A DNA stretch of 64,000 nt from Candidatus Omnitrophota bacterium (GCA_016935525.1 JAFGQU010000004.1:131774-195773); one strand, 5' to 3'; shown: positions 20,320 through 30,428, numbered from the stretch's first letter. Notes: generated by a model not told the origin, from the letters alone. Program-made: numbers and translations.

Positions 20320-20904
20320 TCATTCTTCCTGTCCTATCCTACGCCGGATATGTCTTACCATATACCTGCATTTACCGCTCACCGCATGTAATGCCGAACG
20401 AAAATACCTCTGGCTGAATTTTTCATCGCCGAGCTGTTCATAAGAATCGGCAAGACTGTACAAAGATTCCGGCCGGCCCGGCTCTAATTCCAGCGTTTTT
20501 TTAAAACAAAGTATTGCCGCACGATGCCGGCCCAAAAGGTTCAATAACCACCCTTTATTGTGGTATAACGTAGCGCAATCAGGGTCATGACGGATCCCTT
20601 CATCGAAATACTGTAACGCCCGACGGTACTCACCCTGTTCAGCCCAGCATAACGCTTTATCGTTATAACTACACCCGTCATGAGGATGTATCCGTAACGC
20701 TTTATCCAGAAAATATAACGCCGTCTGAAATTTTCCGGTAAGGATATATTTCTGCGATGTAAAGTATAAGATAAAAAACTTATCTTTCTTTTTCTGAGCG
20801 GTTTTGAGCGCGCGGGCCCTAATCATGTGGGCACGTTTGAAATGGAAAAAAGTTATCTCACGGTCAAGTCTTTTACGTTCGCTCTCTAAATCTATTTGCG
20901 GCAT
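20320..20904 (-). CDS. TPR repeat protein
   Basis: Several 34-aa TPR-like repeats (ALQYFDEGIRHDPDCATLYHNKGWLL...). Confidence 0.7.
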   Translation of the reverse strand: MPQIDLESERKRLDREITFFHFKRAHMIRARALKTAQKKKDKFFILYFTSQKYILTGKFQTALYFLDKALRIHPHDGCSYNDKALCWAEQGEYRRALQYFDEGIRHDPDCATLYHNKGWLLNLLGRHRAAILCFKKTLELEPGRPESLYSLADSYEQLGDEKFSQRYFRSALHAVSGKCRYMVRHIRRRIGQEE

Positions 20905-21707
20905 AAAAGATTGCCTTCCTGCGGTAAAAATCTTATTATTGTGAACCCAGTTTTTTTTAATCTGCCCTTTATTTTCGAAGGAAAATCATACCCCTGCCGG
21001 ATACGGTATAACGGTAAATAATGGTACAATTCACCTTTGGGTTTTAAGACCCGATAAAGTTCTTTATAAAACCTATCTCCGAACAATTCCGGAGCAATGG
21101 TAAATGTCGGTGGGTCATGGATAATACAGTCAAAATGGCCGTGAGGAAACCGGGAAATCTCCTGACTTATGTCTTTTTTCACTATTTTTATCTTCTTATC
21201 GGTAAAAAGCGCGTGCGAATGGGGGTTCCATTTCGCCAGGATTATCACATTAGGGTCTTTTTCAAACGTAATCACCTCAGCACTTGAGCGGGCTGCGCCG
21301 ATCGCCGTATAGCCCAGGCCCATACAGGTATCCAGCACCCTCCCTTGAGGTCTGATCAATGTAAGTTTCCGTTCGGTATCTTCGGCGGGAGAGACCCTGG
21401 TAATACTATGCATCGGAGTCGACCCGATCGCTATACTTGGTAAGTCTTTGGTGGGTATCAACTTATAAAACCGGCAGGTCTCTTCCGAATAAAACGCGCA
21501 AGGTACGAGATCCGTTTTTTCGATCAAATAGCAGAATTTGTCTTTTAATTTCAGCGTAATCGGTATACGGGCGCCAGAAGAAAACAATATTCTGTCTTTT
21601 TCTCTTTTTACCGTAACGGTTTTCATCCCGAAATCGACCGTGACCGGCCCGCTCTCACCGGGAGACCACCGGCAGGCCCGGTCATATTCAGATTTGGCAA
21701 TAATCAT
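20892..21707 (-). CDS. Class I SAM-dependent methyltransferase, probably an RNA methyltransferase
   Basis: Motif I VLDTCMGLGYTAIGAA and an IHDPP (DPPx-type) motif IV. The ORF track extends it to 21905, but the likely start is the MIIAKSEY Met. The longer form would cover the hupB promoter. Confidence 0.55.
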   Translation of the reverse strand: MIIAKSEYDRACRWSPGESGPVTVDFGMKTVTVKREKDRILFSSGARIPITLKLKDKFCYLIEKTDLVPCAFYSEETCRFYKLIPTKDLPSIAIGSTPMHSITRVSPAEDTERKLTLIRPQGRVLDTCMGLGYTAIGAARSSAEVITFEKDPNVIILAKWNPHSHALFTDKKIKIVKKDISQEISRFPHGHFDCIIHDPPTFTIAPELFGDRFYKELYRVLKPKGELYHYLPLYRIRQGYDFPSKIKGRLKKTGFTIIRFLPQEGNLLCRK

Positions 21708-21814
21708 AAAAAAACGTTGTAAAATAAAGAATTTTCTTGACAACTCATGAGCAAAACCTATACAATAGTCTAAAGTATACTTAACAACCTGTAAAGATAA
21801 AAGGAGGTGTGTGA

Positions 21815-22084
21815 ATGAACAAGGCTCAACTGGTAGAAATCGTAGCTCAGAAGACGAACACGAAGAAAGAAGCCGGAGAAACCGTAGAAATGATGCTGAA
21901 CGCAATCAAAAACTCTTTAAAGAAAAAAGAGCCGGTTGCTATTGCTGGATTCGGTACTTTTAAAGTAAAAGACAGAAAAGCCCGCCAGGGAAGAAACCCT
22001 AAAACCGGTGAGACAATCCAGATCCCGGCAAAAAAAAGCGTTGGGTTCAAACCTGCCAAAGAATTAAAAAGTCTCTGGGGTTAA
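21815..22084 (+). CDS. hup: DNA-binding protein HU
   Basis: MNKAQLVEIVA...IAGFGTFKVKDRKARQGRNPKTGE, a canonical HU sequence, with RBS AAAGGAGG. Confidence 0.9.
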   Translation: MNKAQLVEIVAQKTNTKKEAGETVEMMLNAIKNSLKKKEPVAIAGFGTFKVKDRKARQGRNPKTGETIQIPAKKSVGFKPAKELKSLWG

Positions 22085-22117
22085 TAAGAACAACCCCCTT
22101 AAGAAAGCTTAAAAAAT

Positions 22118-22148
22118 ACAGGAACGGTCCCGTTCCTGTATTTTTTTT
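22118..22148. terminator. Bidirectional rho-independent terminator
   Basis: acaggaacgg-tc-ccgttcctgt stem-loop followed by T8. A-run on the other side. Lies between convergent hup and the RNA m5C methylase gene. Confidence 0.7.
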
Positions 22149-22153
22149 GAAGA

Positions 22154-23101
22154 CTATCCGGTTTTTTTAAGTTGAACGATATAGAACGCTTCCATGAATT
22201 CGTGAGGAATGATCCGTACGCTGCCGGAAAGGCTGGCGGAAAATTTCTTGTCTTTCCAGCGGCATAGGCCGGGAATGGCATTGGTTAACGGTAGTGTAAG
22301 CGGGATGATCTCAAGTGTATCTTTAAACTTGTTAAGCACCCAATCGATCACCATTTCATTTTCTTCGGGAGAAAACGTACAGGTAGAATATATAAGCGTA
22401 CCTCCTTCTTTTAAGGCATACACTGCCGCCGCAATGAGTTTTTTCTGTTTATGGCTCATCTCTTTTACTTTTCTTAATTTCCAGTATTTAAAACTATGCG
22501 GATTATGGACGTAAAACAACCCTTCACACGAACAGGGCGCATCCAGCAGTATTTTATCGAAATATTCGGGAAACTTTTTTCTTACCCAAATCCCGTCTAA
22601 CAGGTAGGGTTCGATCCAGTCGATCCCCTGTGCTTTCAGGTTTGCCAACAACTTATAATACCGGGTACGGATCTTCTCAACGACTACAAGTTCTATCTCT
22701 CTATTGCCTAAAGAGACAAGCTGGGTAGTTTTAGCTCCGGGAGCCGCGCAAAGGTCCAGGATCTTTTCTTGAGGCTGAGGGTCCAGGATGACCGGTGGAA
22801 CCATGCTCGATACGTTTTGTACATAAATATATCCTTCTTTATACAGATAACTTTGTTGAAACGTCCTTAACTCCATAGTAAGCAAAAAACTCCCTTTCGG
22901 CCAGGGGAGTTCTTTATATTTAACCCGCTCCTGTTTAAGCATTTTGCGCAGGTTCATCAGATCGGTCTTAAGATAATTGATACGAAACGCCGGGATCTTA
23001 CGGTGAAGAAAGGTCTCGCATACCGCGGGGAACCGGTGCGGATAGATCTTTTTGAGCTTATGGATAAACTCCTGGGGTAATCTGTAGATCGTGTCTTTCA
23101 T
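22154..23101 (-). CDS. NOL1/NOP2/Sun-family RNA cytosine-C5 methyltransferase (RsmB/RsmF-like)
   Basis: LDLCAAPGAKTT motif and the DAPCSCEG catalytic Cys motif. Confidence 0.75.
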   Translation of the reverse strand: MKDTIYRLPQEFIHKLKKIYPHRFPAVCETFLHRKIPAFRINYLKTDLMNLRKMLKQERVKYKELPWPKGSFLLTMELRTFQQSYLYKEGYIYVQNVSSMVPPVILDPQPQEKILDLCAAPGAKTTQLVSLGNREIELVVVEKIRTRYYKLLANLKAQGIDWIEPYLLDGIWVRKKFPEYFDKILLDAPCSCEGLFYVHNPHSFKYWKLRKVKEMSHKQKKLIAAAVYALKEGGTLIYSTCTFSPEENEMVIDWVLNKFKDTLEIIPLTLPLTNAIPGLCRWKDKKFSASLSGSVRIIPHEFMEAFYIVQLKKTG

Positions 23102-23171
23102 ATAACCGATGGTTTTTTAAAGAGATACTGTTCTATTATACACACCGAAGGGGTTTCTCCTACTGGTTTAT

Positions 23172-24080
23172 TCAAACGTTAAATCCCCGATGTAACCCGA
23201 TCTTTTGGGCACGGATGATTACCCGGCGATATTCTTGGTGAGTAATCCGCCGGGATAACCGGGGATATTGCCCGGCGAGATAGCAGGGATAATATTGGTC
23301 CATGATATTGACATACGTATCTTGAGAGATCTCGTCCTTAATAAAATCAAGGATCTTATATGAATCTTCGACGTATCCCGGTAACACCAGATGCCGGATA
23401 AGGAGACCGCGGCGAGCCCGACCGTCTTCGATAACCAGATCCTCTACCTGAGCATACATCTCTTTTACTGCACAAGCCGCTTTTTCCCAATAATCCGAAA
23501 CTCCGGAATATTCAAACCCGGCCTGATCGTCAAAATATTTTATATCCGGCATATACAGATCAAACACGCCCGCGATCGTTTTTAACGTTGCGATACTCTC
23601 ATACCCGCCGCAATTATATACCAGCGGTATCCGTAATCCCGCCTCGATCGCCTGCGGTAACGCCTGGATGATCTGGGCGATCACATGGGTAGGGCTCACA
23701 AAATTAATGTTTTGAGCTCCCTGGTGCTGTAAATCGATCATCATCTGCGCCAGTCGTGAGGGCGATACCGCTTCGCCTTCGCCGGCATGAGACAAACGGT
23801 AGTTCTGACAATAGACACATCCTAGATTACAGTAAGAAAAAAACAGCGTACCGCTGCCACCGGCGGCGACTAATTCCGGCTCTTCGCCAAAATGAAGATA
23901 GGCACTGGATATCTTGGCATCGTGAGCAGTATGACAGAACCCGGTCTCCCCGGCAATACGGTCGATACGGCACTCCCGTGGACAAAGGATGCAGGACCTT
24001 AATATTTCGGTCAACTGCTCTTTGATCGCGTTCAGTTTACCGGTTTGATAAAGGTCTATGTAGGAAGGATACATAACCAA
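23172..24080 (-). CDS. Radical SAM enzyme, PFL-activating-enzyme-like (AmrS-type)
   Basis: N-terminal C-x2-C-x3-C-x11-C (CILCPRECRIDRIAGETGFC) and CNLGCVYC (CX3CX2C). Confidence 0.7.
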   Translation of the reverse strand: MVMYPSYIDLYQTGKLNAIKEQLTEILRSCILCPRECRIDRIAGETGFCHTAHDAKISSAYLHFGEEPELVAAGGSGTLFFSYCNLGCVYCQNYRLSHAGEGEAVSPSRLAQMMIDLQHQGAQNINFVSPTHVIAQIIQALPQAIEAGLRIPLVYNCGGYESIATLKTIAGVFDLYMPDIKYFDDQAGFEYSGVSDYWEKAACAVKEMYAQVEDLVIEDGRARRGLLIRHLVLPGYVEDSYKILDFIKDEISQDTYVNIMDQYYPCYLAGQYPRLSRRITHQEYRRVIIRAQKIGLHRGFNV

Positions 24081-24082
24081 AA

Positions 24083-24178
24083 GTCACAAGTCACATGGTC
24101 ACATAGTCACACGTCAAAAAACAATGAGATCATTTCTCCATCCCCTGCGTGTGTCGTGTATCATGTGACGTGTGACCT
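24083..24178. repeat. REP-like intergenic palindrome built from inverted GTCACAN/NTGTGAC heptamer arrays
   Basis: gtcacaagtcacatggtcacatagtcacacgtca ... AT-rich core ... gcgtgtgtcgtgtatcatgtgacgtgtgacc. Confidence 0.8.
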
Positions 24179-25200
24179 GTATTAAATTCCGCCTTCAATT
24201 GTCCGCAGGCGGCCTGGATATCCTGGCCGCGCGGAGTACGGAGCGTACAGACGATACCGTGATCTTTAAGAATACTCTGAAACTGCCGGATTTTGCCGGG
24301 ATCCGGAGGCCGGTAGGCAAAATAGGCTGATTGATTATAAGGGATAACGTTGATTTTACAGGATAGTTTTCTGGCTATAGCGACCAACTTGAAGGCGTCT
24401 TCTTTCTCACAATTGATCCCGTCGATTAAAATATATTCCAAGGTAACCGGCATATCTTTCTTCTGTGCAAATAATCTTAATTGCGGTAATAACTCCCCCA
24501 GCGGGTACTTCTTTGTTGCCGGCATAAGCCAATCCCGTTTTTTCTGATCGGCACAATGAAGGGAGACCGAAAGTCTAAACCGTATCGCCAGACGATTGAG
24601 TTCGGCAAGCCGGGAAGTGATCCCGATAGTCGATACGCATATCTTACGCGGTGTTAATCCTATCCCTTGAGTATCCTGTAGAATCGTAATTGTCTCAATC
24701 AGATTACCTAGGTTATCCAGAGGTTCCCCGATCCCCATACATACGACGTTATTTACTTTAGCCGGTACAAGCAAATCCGATACCGCAAGATATTGGTTGA
24801 CGATTTCACCCGGTAAGAGGTTCCGCTTCAATCCCAATGTACCGCTCACACAGAACCGACAACCGCGGCTACAACCTACCTGTGTAGAAACACAAAGAGT
24901 ATTCCGCTGTCCTTCGGGGATGAGTACGGTCTCGATCGTCGTATCCCGGGAAAGTTCAAACAGGAATTTCCGGGTACCGTCGCCGGACTGTTGTGAGGCG
25001 AGTAATACCGGATGAGAACAAAAAAAATCCTTTTTCAACCGCACTCTCATCGGTTGAGCGATATTGGTCATACGTTCGAAATCTTCACACCGGTTTTTAT
25101 ATACCCATTGAAAAACCTGCTGAGAGGTATAGGCTGGATACCCTCTTTCAAGCAATAACGCTTTTAATTTTTCCCGGGAAAGGTTTTTTATGTCGATCAT
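24130..25200 (-). CDS. rlmN: 23S rRNA/tRNA adenine-C2 methyltransferase RlmN
   Basis: CSRGCRFC radical SAM motif, the MGIGEPLDN RlmN/Cfr signature and C-terminal AACGQL. The last roughly 15 codons are read from the GTGAC repeat. Confidence 0.85.
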   Translation of the reverse strand: MIDIKNLSREKLKALLLERGYPAYTSQQVFQWVYKNRCEDFERMTNIAQPMRVRLKKDFFCSHPVLLASQQSGDGTRKFLFELSRDTTIETVLIPEGQRNTLCVSTQVGCSRGCRFCVSGTLGLKRNLLPGEIVNQYLAVSDLLVPAKVNNVVCMGIGEPLDNLGNLIETITILQDTQGIGLTPRKICVSTIGITSRLAELNRLAIRFRLSVSLHCADQKKRDWLMPATKKYPLGELLPQLRLFAQKKDMPVTLEYILIDGINCEKEDAFKLVAIARKLSCKINVIPYNQSAYFAYRPPDPGKIRQFQSILKDHGIVCTLRTPRGQDIQAACGQLKAEFNTGHTSHDTRHTQGMEK

Positions 25201-25256
25201 TTCTTTTTCATTGCTCTGGTCGGTACCGCGAGAAATCCCGACATACTTTTTCGGAA

Positions 25257-25628
25257 TCAGGATAAAAAGAATATACCCTCAGCACCGGCGACAAGATTAC
25301 CGTGTTCATCGTAAATCTCAACTGTCCCGTAGAATGACTTATCCCGTTTCCGGAGGATACGTGCCGATGCGAACAAAGACTCCGTACGGACCGGCCGCTT
25401 AAACTCTACCGTGAGCTTAAGCGTAGAAAATTTTCTTTGCGGGAAAACCACGGAAGCGCATACTGCCAGAGCGGTATCCGCCAACGAACAGATTACGCCT
25501 CCGTGCATAAAGCCTCGGGGATTAAGTAAATCCTCCCGGAAAGGAAGCTTCAGGAGTGTCTTTTCTTTTTCCCGGCAAACTACCTCAATTCCTACTATCC
25601 GTTCAAAATTCCCTTTTATCTCTTCCAT
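25257..25628 (-). CDS. PaaI-family hotdog-fold thioesterase
   Basis: HGGVICSLADTA motif of PaaI/4HBT-II thioesterases. 123 aa. Confidence 0.7.
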   Translation of the reverse strand: MEEIKGNFERIVGIEVVCREKEKTLLKLPFREDLLNPRGFMHGGVICSLADTALAVCASVVFPQRKFSTLKLTVEFKRPVRTESLFASARILRKRDKSFYGTVEIYDEHGNLVAGAEGIFFLS

Positions 25629-25631
25629 CTA

Positions 25632-27113
25632 CTAGTAGGTATACTTCGCTTCAAATACGATCTGGTCATTGTTACGGAATTGTCCGTTCGATCCCCATAC
25701 ACTGCCCCAGAAATGGTGGTATCCCAAAGTCAACCATAGGTTATCACGCAATTCGTATTTGGTCTTAAACGATATCCGCCCATCATTATCGTCACCGTAG
25801 ATGACCAGCACTTCCGGCTGAAGCCGTTCATGAAGGAAATCGGTCGCGATCTTCAACGTAAGAGTGTTCTCTATCTTCTCCATAGTACCGTACGTATACG
25901 CGTTCAATATCTGAAGATTCCCCGGCCGGTCGGCATCTTCATGGATAAACTGAGCGAACTGGACAGAGAACAGCCAGTTGGTAAAGAAATTCTTATCGAA
26001 TCCGAGCACATAGGCATATTTATCGCTGGGCTCGGTAGACTGGCGGCTTCCTTCCGTACCGTAATACGTCGGTTCATCTTTCAGGTAAGCGAATTCTCCG
26101 CGAATGGTCAGACCTTCCAGCGGTCCCCGTTCGACAAAACTACGATTGAACGAAAATCCCATCATCTGCATCAGTTTATGCCGGCGGGAGAACTGGTAAT
26201 CCCCGATGAACGGCGGATCAAAAGGGTTTGGCGTGGGGAAAAAAGAATCGGTGTAGGTATAGGCGTTGGTGGAATATCCATAAAGCCAGTTGAACGTATA
26301 TTCGAGGTTTCCGACCATAGACCTCCATCTTACGCCGACCCGGGAATTTTTAAACTGCTTGGCGGGTTGATATAACCGTAGATCGGTCGTCCCTCCGATG
26401 GCCGCATTAAAATTCCGGAACGAATCGAAATCATTAAACGATTTGAACGCAAAAGGAGCGTGCGGAGGAGCCGAACGCGACGCTTCGAAATCAGGAATCA
26501 CTAAGAGCTGTAGCGTCGAATCGACTTTCGGCGAATATTCCATCTTCATCATCCATAGCGGTATCCGGATATCGGCGAAATCGGGAAGCCAGTAGTAAGA
26601 AAGGTCAAAGGGCATAACCCGATCAAGTAAAGGTATCCCGTCGGCCATTCCCCACACCACCTGCTGTTTCCCCAGTCGGAGGTCCAGTTGCGGAGACGTA
26701 TAATCAAAATAACAGTCCCGCAACCATTCGGTACGTTGAGTATTTCCCATACTCTCTTGATTCTTATCATAGTAGGAATTGTAATCCGTACGGAGACTAT
26801 AGGCAGCGTCATAGAAGTACCGCGGATGGAAAAAGAAAGTCCATTTATCGGACATAGTATATTGGAGAGCGACATCGACGGTATTTTTCCATGATGAGAG
26901 AGAGAGATGCTCCTGGTCGTTATAGTTTTTTATCCAGGTTTCGGTTTTTACATACCCCGAATATTCGATTTTATCCGCACTATCCGCCGCATAAAGAGGC
27001 AACGGGATCAAGAGCACGTAGAACAACCACCTTTTCATATCATTCCCCCTTTTTCGAAAACTGAATTTCATATTACTCATTTTTATGAACAATGCCGGAT
27101 GAAGATCTACCAT
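25632..27113 (-). CDS. Outer-membrane beta-barrel protein (DUF1302-like)
   Basis: Signal peptide (LLIPLPLYAAD). Alternating amphipathic strands and an aromatic C-terminal residue (AKYTY). Adjacent to a LolA-like gene and the RND exporter. Confidence 0.5.
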   Translation of the reverse strand: MVDLHPALFIKMSNMKFSFRKRGNDMKRWLFYVLLIPLPLYAADSADKIEYSGYVKTETWIKNYNDQEHLSLSSWKNTVDVALQYTMSDKWTFFFHPRYFYDAAYSLRTDYNSYYDKNQESMGNTQRTEWLRDCYFDYTSPQLDLRLGKQQVVWGMADGIPLLDRVMPFDLSYYWLPDFADIRIPLWMMKMEYSPKVDSTLQLLVIPDFEASRSAPPHAPFAFKSFNDFDSFRNFNAAIGGTTDLRLYQPAKQFKNSRVGVRWRSMVGNLEYTFNWLYGYSTNAYTYTDSFFPTPNPFDPPFIGDYQFSRRHKLMQMMGFSFNRSFVERGPLEGLTIRGEFAYLKDEPTYYGTEGSRQSTEPSDKYAYVLGFDKNFFTNWLFSVQFAQFIHEDADRPGNLQILNAYTYGTMEKIENTLTLKIATDFLHERLQPEVLVIYGDDNDGRISFKTKYELRDNLWLTLGYHHFWGSVWGSNGQFRNNDQIVFEAKYTY

Positions 27114-28054
27114 CGCGAACGCATTAATGCTTTTACGGTAAAATTCTGTTCGTCTATACCTTGATCATACCGGGTATTACTCATAAGGATCGTCGTGCGA
27201 TGGTTCGTACGCAGGTCCTTGCATTCCAGGGAAATCTGGGTAGGATATCGCTGACCATTCACGTCAATCAAATCCCACTCCCGGGAAACCGTTTTAAACT
27301 TCCTTCCGGTTTTATCGTAATATTCCTCAAAAATGATTCCGCCGTGGCTCTTATCAACCCATACTACACGTTTGTCATAATACCAATGGCTTTTCTTAGG
27401 ACGGCATTCGATTATAAAACAGGGAGCTCCCTGAGCTTTCATCTCTCCGGTCTCCTCTAAAGTATACCCTTTGAACGCATCCTCTCCTTTCAATTCATAT
27501 GTTTCATCCTCGAACCGCCGGGTAGAGACTTCCTCTACCGTCAAATCCGACCCCATGAACGCGTCGTCATCTTCCGAAGCGGATATTTTACGGGCTTTTT
27601 TCAGAGAAGGGATCCATAACCATACTTCCTGGTCCTTCTGGTAATCTTTATAGGTCCAGGTCAATACCGCAAGACCCTTCACCTCGGTAGGATAGGTAAT
27701 CGCAATAAGGTCTTTATAAGAAATATCTCCTTTATCCCCTTCGACGATACGTAACCGTTCCCAGATACGTTTACGCGTGAAGCCCGAAGGATCGACGTAA
27801 AATACGTTCCCCTCCTGCTGGAAATCCTTCGCAAACAAAGAATATTTGTTATGATAAGCGATTTCCATAATTTCTCCAGCACTCATACCCGAGGCAGGAA
27901 CATAGAGACGATGATACTCCAATGGTAATGCCTCGACAGCAAAAATGCAGAGAATGAACACGACTATGAGCGTCCCCCACTTCATAGCGACCTCCTTTCT
28001 TGTTTTCTCTACCGGATCTGACTTACCCTTTTGAGACTTTTTTCCCTCTATCAC
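27107..28054 (-). CDS. Periplasmic LolA-like lipoprotein-carrier-fold protein (DUF1329-like)
   Basis: Signal peptide and the composition and size of outer-membrane lipoprotein-sorting-like proteins. Translationally coupled with the flanking genes. Confidence 0.5.
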   Translation of the reverse strand: MIEGKKSQKGKSDPVEKTRKEVAMKWGTLIVVFILCIFAVEALPLEYHRLYVPASGMSAGEIMEIAYHNKYSLFAKDFQQEGNVFYVDPSGFTRKRIWERLRIVEGDKGDISYKDLIAITYPTEVKGLAVLTWTYKDYQKDQEVWLWIPSLKKARKISASEDDDAFMGSDLTVEEVSTRRFEDETYELKGEDAFKGYTLEETGEMKAQGAPCFIIECRPKKSHWYYDKRVVWVDKSHGGIIFEEYYDKTGRKFKTVSREWDLIDVNGQRYPTQISLECKDLRTNHRTTILMSNTRYDQGIDEQNFTVKALMRSRW

Positions 28055-30428
28055 TATCCCGGTACTTCAAACGGCTGCGCACTTTTCCGAAAAGAAAATA
28101 AGGCTTGACCCACCATACCAATACCGGGATCATGACTAACGAGGTAACCATGTTAAGAATAAGCGCTACGCATAAATTTAATCCCAACCTCACCTGCAGG
28201 AGGATTGAAGAAAATACCCAGGCAAAAATACCCAGCGATACGATAAATCCGCTGAAGAACACCGCCTTTCCGGAAGTGATCAGAGTATGATAAAGAATAT
28301 TTTTATAAGTCCTCTTCTTTTCCCTCATCTCCTGATGGAACCGAGCCATCATATAGATCCCGTAGTTGATCCCTAATCCTTCACTTAAAGAAGCAAGCGG
28401 CAGGGTCTCGACGGTAATCGGCGTTCCCAGAAAACCATAGAGCGCAAAGACGATCAAATTGCTGAACGCCAGCGGTAATAGTAATAATCCCGCGGCCGTA
28501 AAAGAACGGTACATAAAACTTACGTATATAAAAATCAACACGGAGATAAAAAGAACATTGGGAACGATCGTACGTTTAATAATATCATTTACCGCATAGA
28601 GGATACCGATATCGCCCCCCCCGTAACGTATACGGACAGTGCCTTGCGGACGTCCGGACACATAGTTTCTGGTCGTTTTAATGATTTTAGCAACGGTACG
28701 CGACGTATGATTTTTGACGTTAAATTTGATATTCGCGGTTTTTTCATCGCGGCTGATAAGATGGTCGAAATCCGAGGGAAATCCGGAAAGAGTATAGAGG
28801 AACCAGTATTCGGCGATCGTCTTGTCGTTTTCAGGAATAGCAAAATATTCTCTTTTCCCCTCTTTCATGAACATATTAAGCCCTTTAATCGCGTTTGCAA
28901 TCGAAACGGCACTGCCTACTTCCGGGATATTATCGACAAGATAGGTCTGGAAATCGTCGATGGTGCTTAACACTTCACGAGAGAAAAGAGGACGGTCGGA
29001 TTCGACCAGCACATAATACGAATTCGTGCCGCCGAAATGGGTATTGATAAATTTTTCGGCCTGATTGTAGGGACTCTCCGGATAGAGGTAAGAAGAGCCC
29101 TGCGAATTATCGCCGATCACAATCCTGCTGATCCCCAATAACGCAACCAGTCCGCCCAGAATAAAGATCACGACGACGATAGTCCCGGCACGTTTACTCA
29201 GAGAAAATACGCTTAATCTCAAAAGCATCGCATCAACCCAGCGGTGTTCTTCTTCCTTTTCTATTTCCAGGATCTTCGGACGGTGCATAAAAGAAAGTAC
29301 CGCGGGAGTGAACATAAACGAAGTAAAAAAATTCGCCAGGATCCCCAGTCCGCTGGCAAACGCCATACTTTTAATCGTCGGCAACGGAACGAACATCAAA
29401 GAGAGAAACCCGAACCCATCGGTAAGCACACAGGCCAATCCGGGAATAAAAAGGTGAGCCATTGTACTGACAATAGCATGTTTACTTTTCATCCGCGGGT
29501 TGCGCATCTCTTCATAATAGCGTTTCAAAGTATGGACGGAATGGCTTATCCCTAACGACAACACGATAAAAGGGACAAGGATGGTCGAAGGGTCAAGACG
29601 TAATCCCATCAACTTCATCGTTCCCATCCCCCATAACGTAGCCATTGAAGAATCAAGTAAAGGGAGAATGATCCCGCGTTTAGAGCGAAACGTAAGATAG
29701 AGCACCGCGGAAATAATGAGAAAACTGATTATAAGGATCCGCAGCATCTTCGGCAGATAAGCATTAAGCCATCCTTCCAGTATCGGCCGGCCAGCAATAT
29801 AAAAATATGTATGCTCATCCTCATATTTGGTTTTCAATTCCTGAAGAGAACGGAAGATAGACGAAGTACGCACCTTTGAGGTAAAATCGACGTAAATGAG
29901 CGTACTGGTCATATCTTCAGAAACCATCCGGCGGTACACATTGGGGTCAGAAAGTACGTTTCTGCGGAATGCTTCCATCTCTTCCTGGTTCTCGGGAGGG
30001 TCCCGGAGCAATCGTTCCACGAAAAACCCTTCTTCATCGGCCCGGACATGCTTTACGTGCCGGCTGGCAATGGACTGCACACGGGAAATATTTACCCCTT
30101 CCAGAAGATATACATCTTCGGTAAGAGATATTACTTTTTCCAGAAAATCGTGGGTGAAAATATTTCCATCGGTCGACTTTAACGCAATTGATACCTGGTT
30201 TAACCCGCCAAACACGTCGGTAAGGATATTCTGAACCTGAATGAACGGGTGCTGTTGAGGAAGAAAATCTTCCAGGCGGGTCTCGATTTCAATATCTTTC
30301 AGTACACTGATAAAGAAAACCGAAATGATTATACAGGCAAGAATGATATAGATACGCAGATGGATGATTTGACGAGCTAAACGATAGCGAGAATCGAAAT
30401 GGAGCGAACTATCTTTGGTTTTTTTCAT
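28023..30428 (-). CDS. RND-superfamily exporter of the MMPL/HpnN type
   Basis: 801 aa. Two 6-TM bundles each preceded by a large periplasmic loop, as in MMPL/SSD transporters. Confidence 0.7.
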   Translation of the reverse strand: MKKTKDSSLHFDSRYRLARQIIHLRIYIILACIIISVFFISVLKDIEIETRLEDFLPQQHPFIQVQNILTDVFGGLNQVSIALKSTDGNIFTHDFLEKVISLTEDVYLLEGVNISRVQSIASRHVKHVRADEEGFFVERLLRDPPENQEEMEAFRRNVLSDPNVYRRMVSEDMTSTLIYVDFTSKVRTSSIFRSLQELKTKYEDEHTYFYIAGRPILEGWLNAYLPKMLRILIISFLIISAVLYLTFRSKRGIILPLLDSSMATLWGMGTMKLMGLRLDPSTILVPFIVLSLGISHSVHTLKRYYEEMRNPRMKSKHAIVSTMAHLFIPGLACVLTDGFGFLSLMFVPLPTIKSMAFASGLGILANFFTSFMFTPAVLSFMHRPKILEIEKEEEHRWVDAMLLRLSVFSLSKRAGTIVVVIFILGGLVALLGISRIVIGDNSQGSSYLYPESPYNQAEKFINTHFGGTNSYYVLVESDRPLFSREVLSTIDDFQTYLVDNIPEVGSAVSIANAIKGLNMFMKEGKREYFAIPENDKTIAEYWFLYTLSGFPSDFDHLISRDEKTANIKFNVKNHTSRTVAKIIKTTRNYVSGRPQGTVRIRYGGGDIGILYAVNDIIKRTIVPNVLFISVLIFIYVSFMYRSFTAAGLLLLPLAFSNLIVFALYGFLGTPITVETLPLASLSEGLGINYGIYMMARFHQEMREKKRTYKNILYHTLITSGKAVFFSGFIVSLGIFAWVFSSILLQVRLGLNLCVALILNMVTSLVMIPVLVWWVKPYFLFGKVRSRLKYRDSDRGKKVSKG

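Noticed and set aside
20892-21905. Full 337-aa form of the methyltransferase ORF, and the 243-aa form of the PAP2 protein at 51112-51843
   Set aside because: The long forms would overlap the divergent hup and response-regulator promoter regions and begin with low-complexity sequence. Internal Met starts (MIIAKSEY; MSMENW) give proteins matching the family lengths.
23172-24080. Whether the PFL-AE-like radical SAM enzyme marks a complete AmmeMemoRadiSam system
   Set aside because: No AMMECR1 or Memo homologs are adjacent. Only the radical SAM component is supportable.
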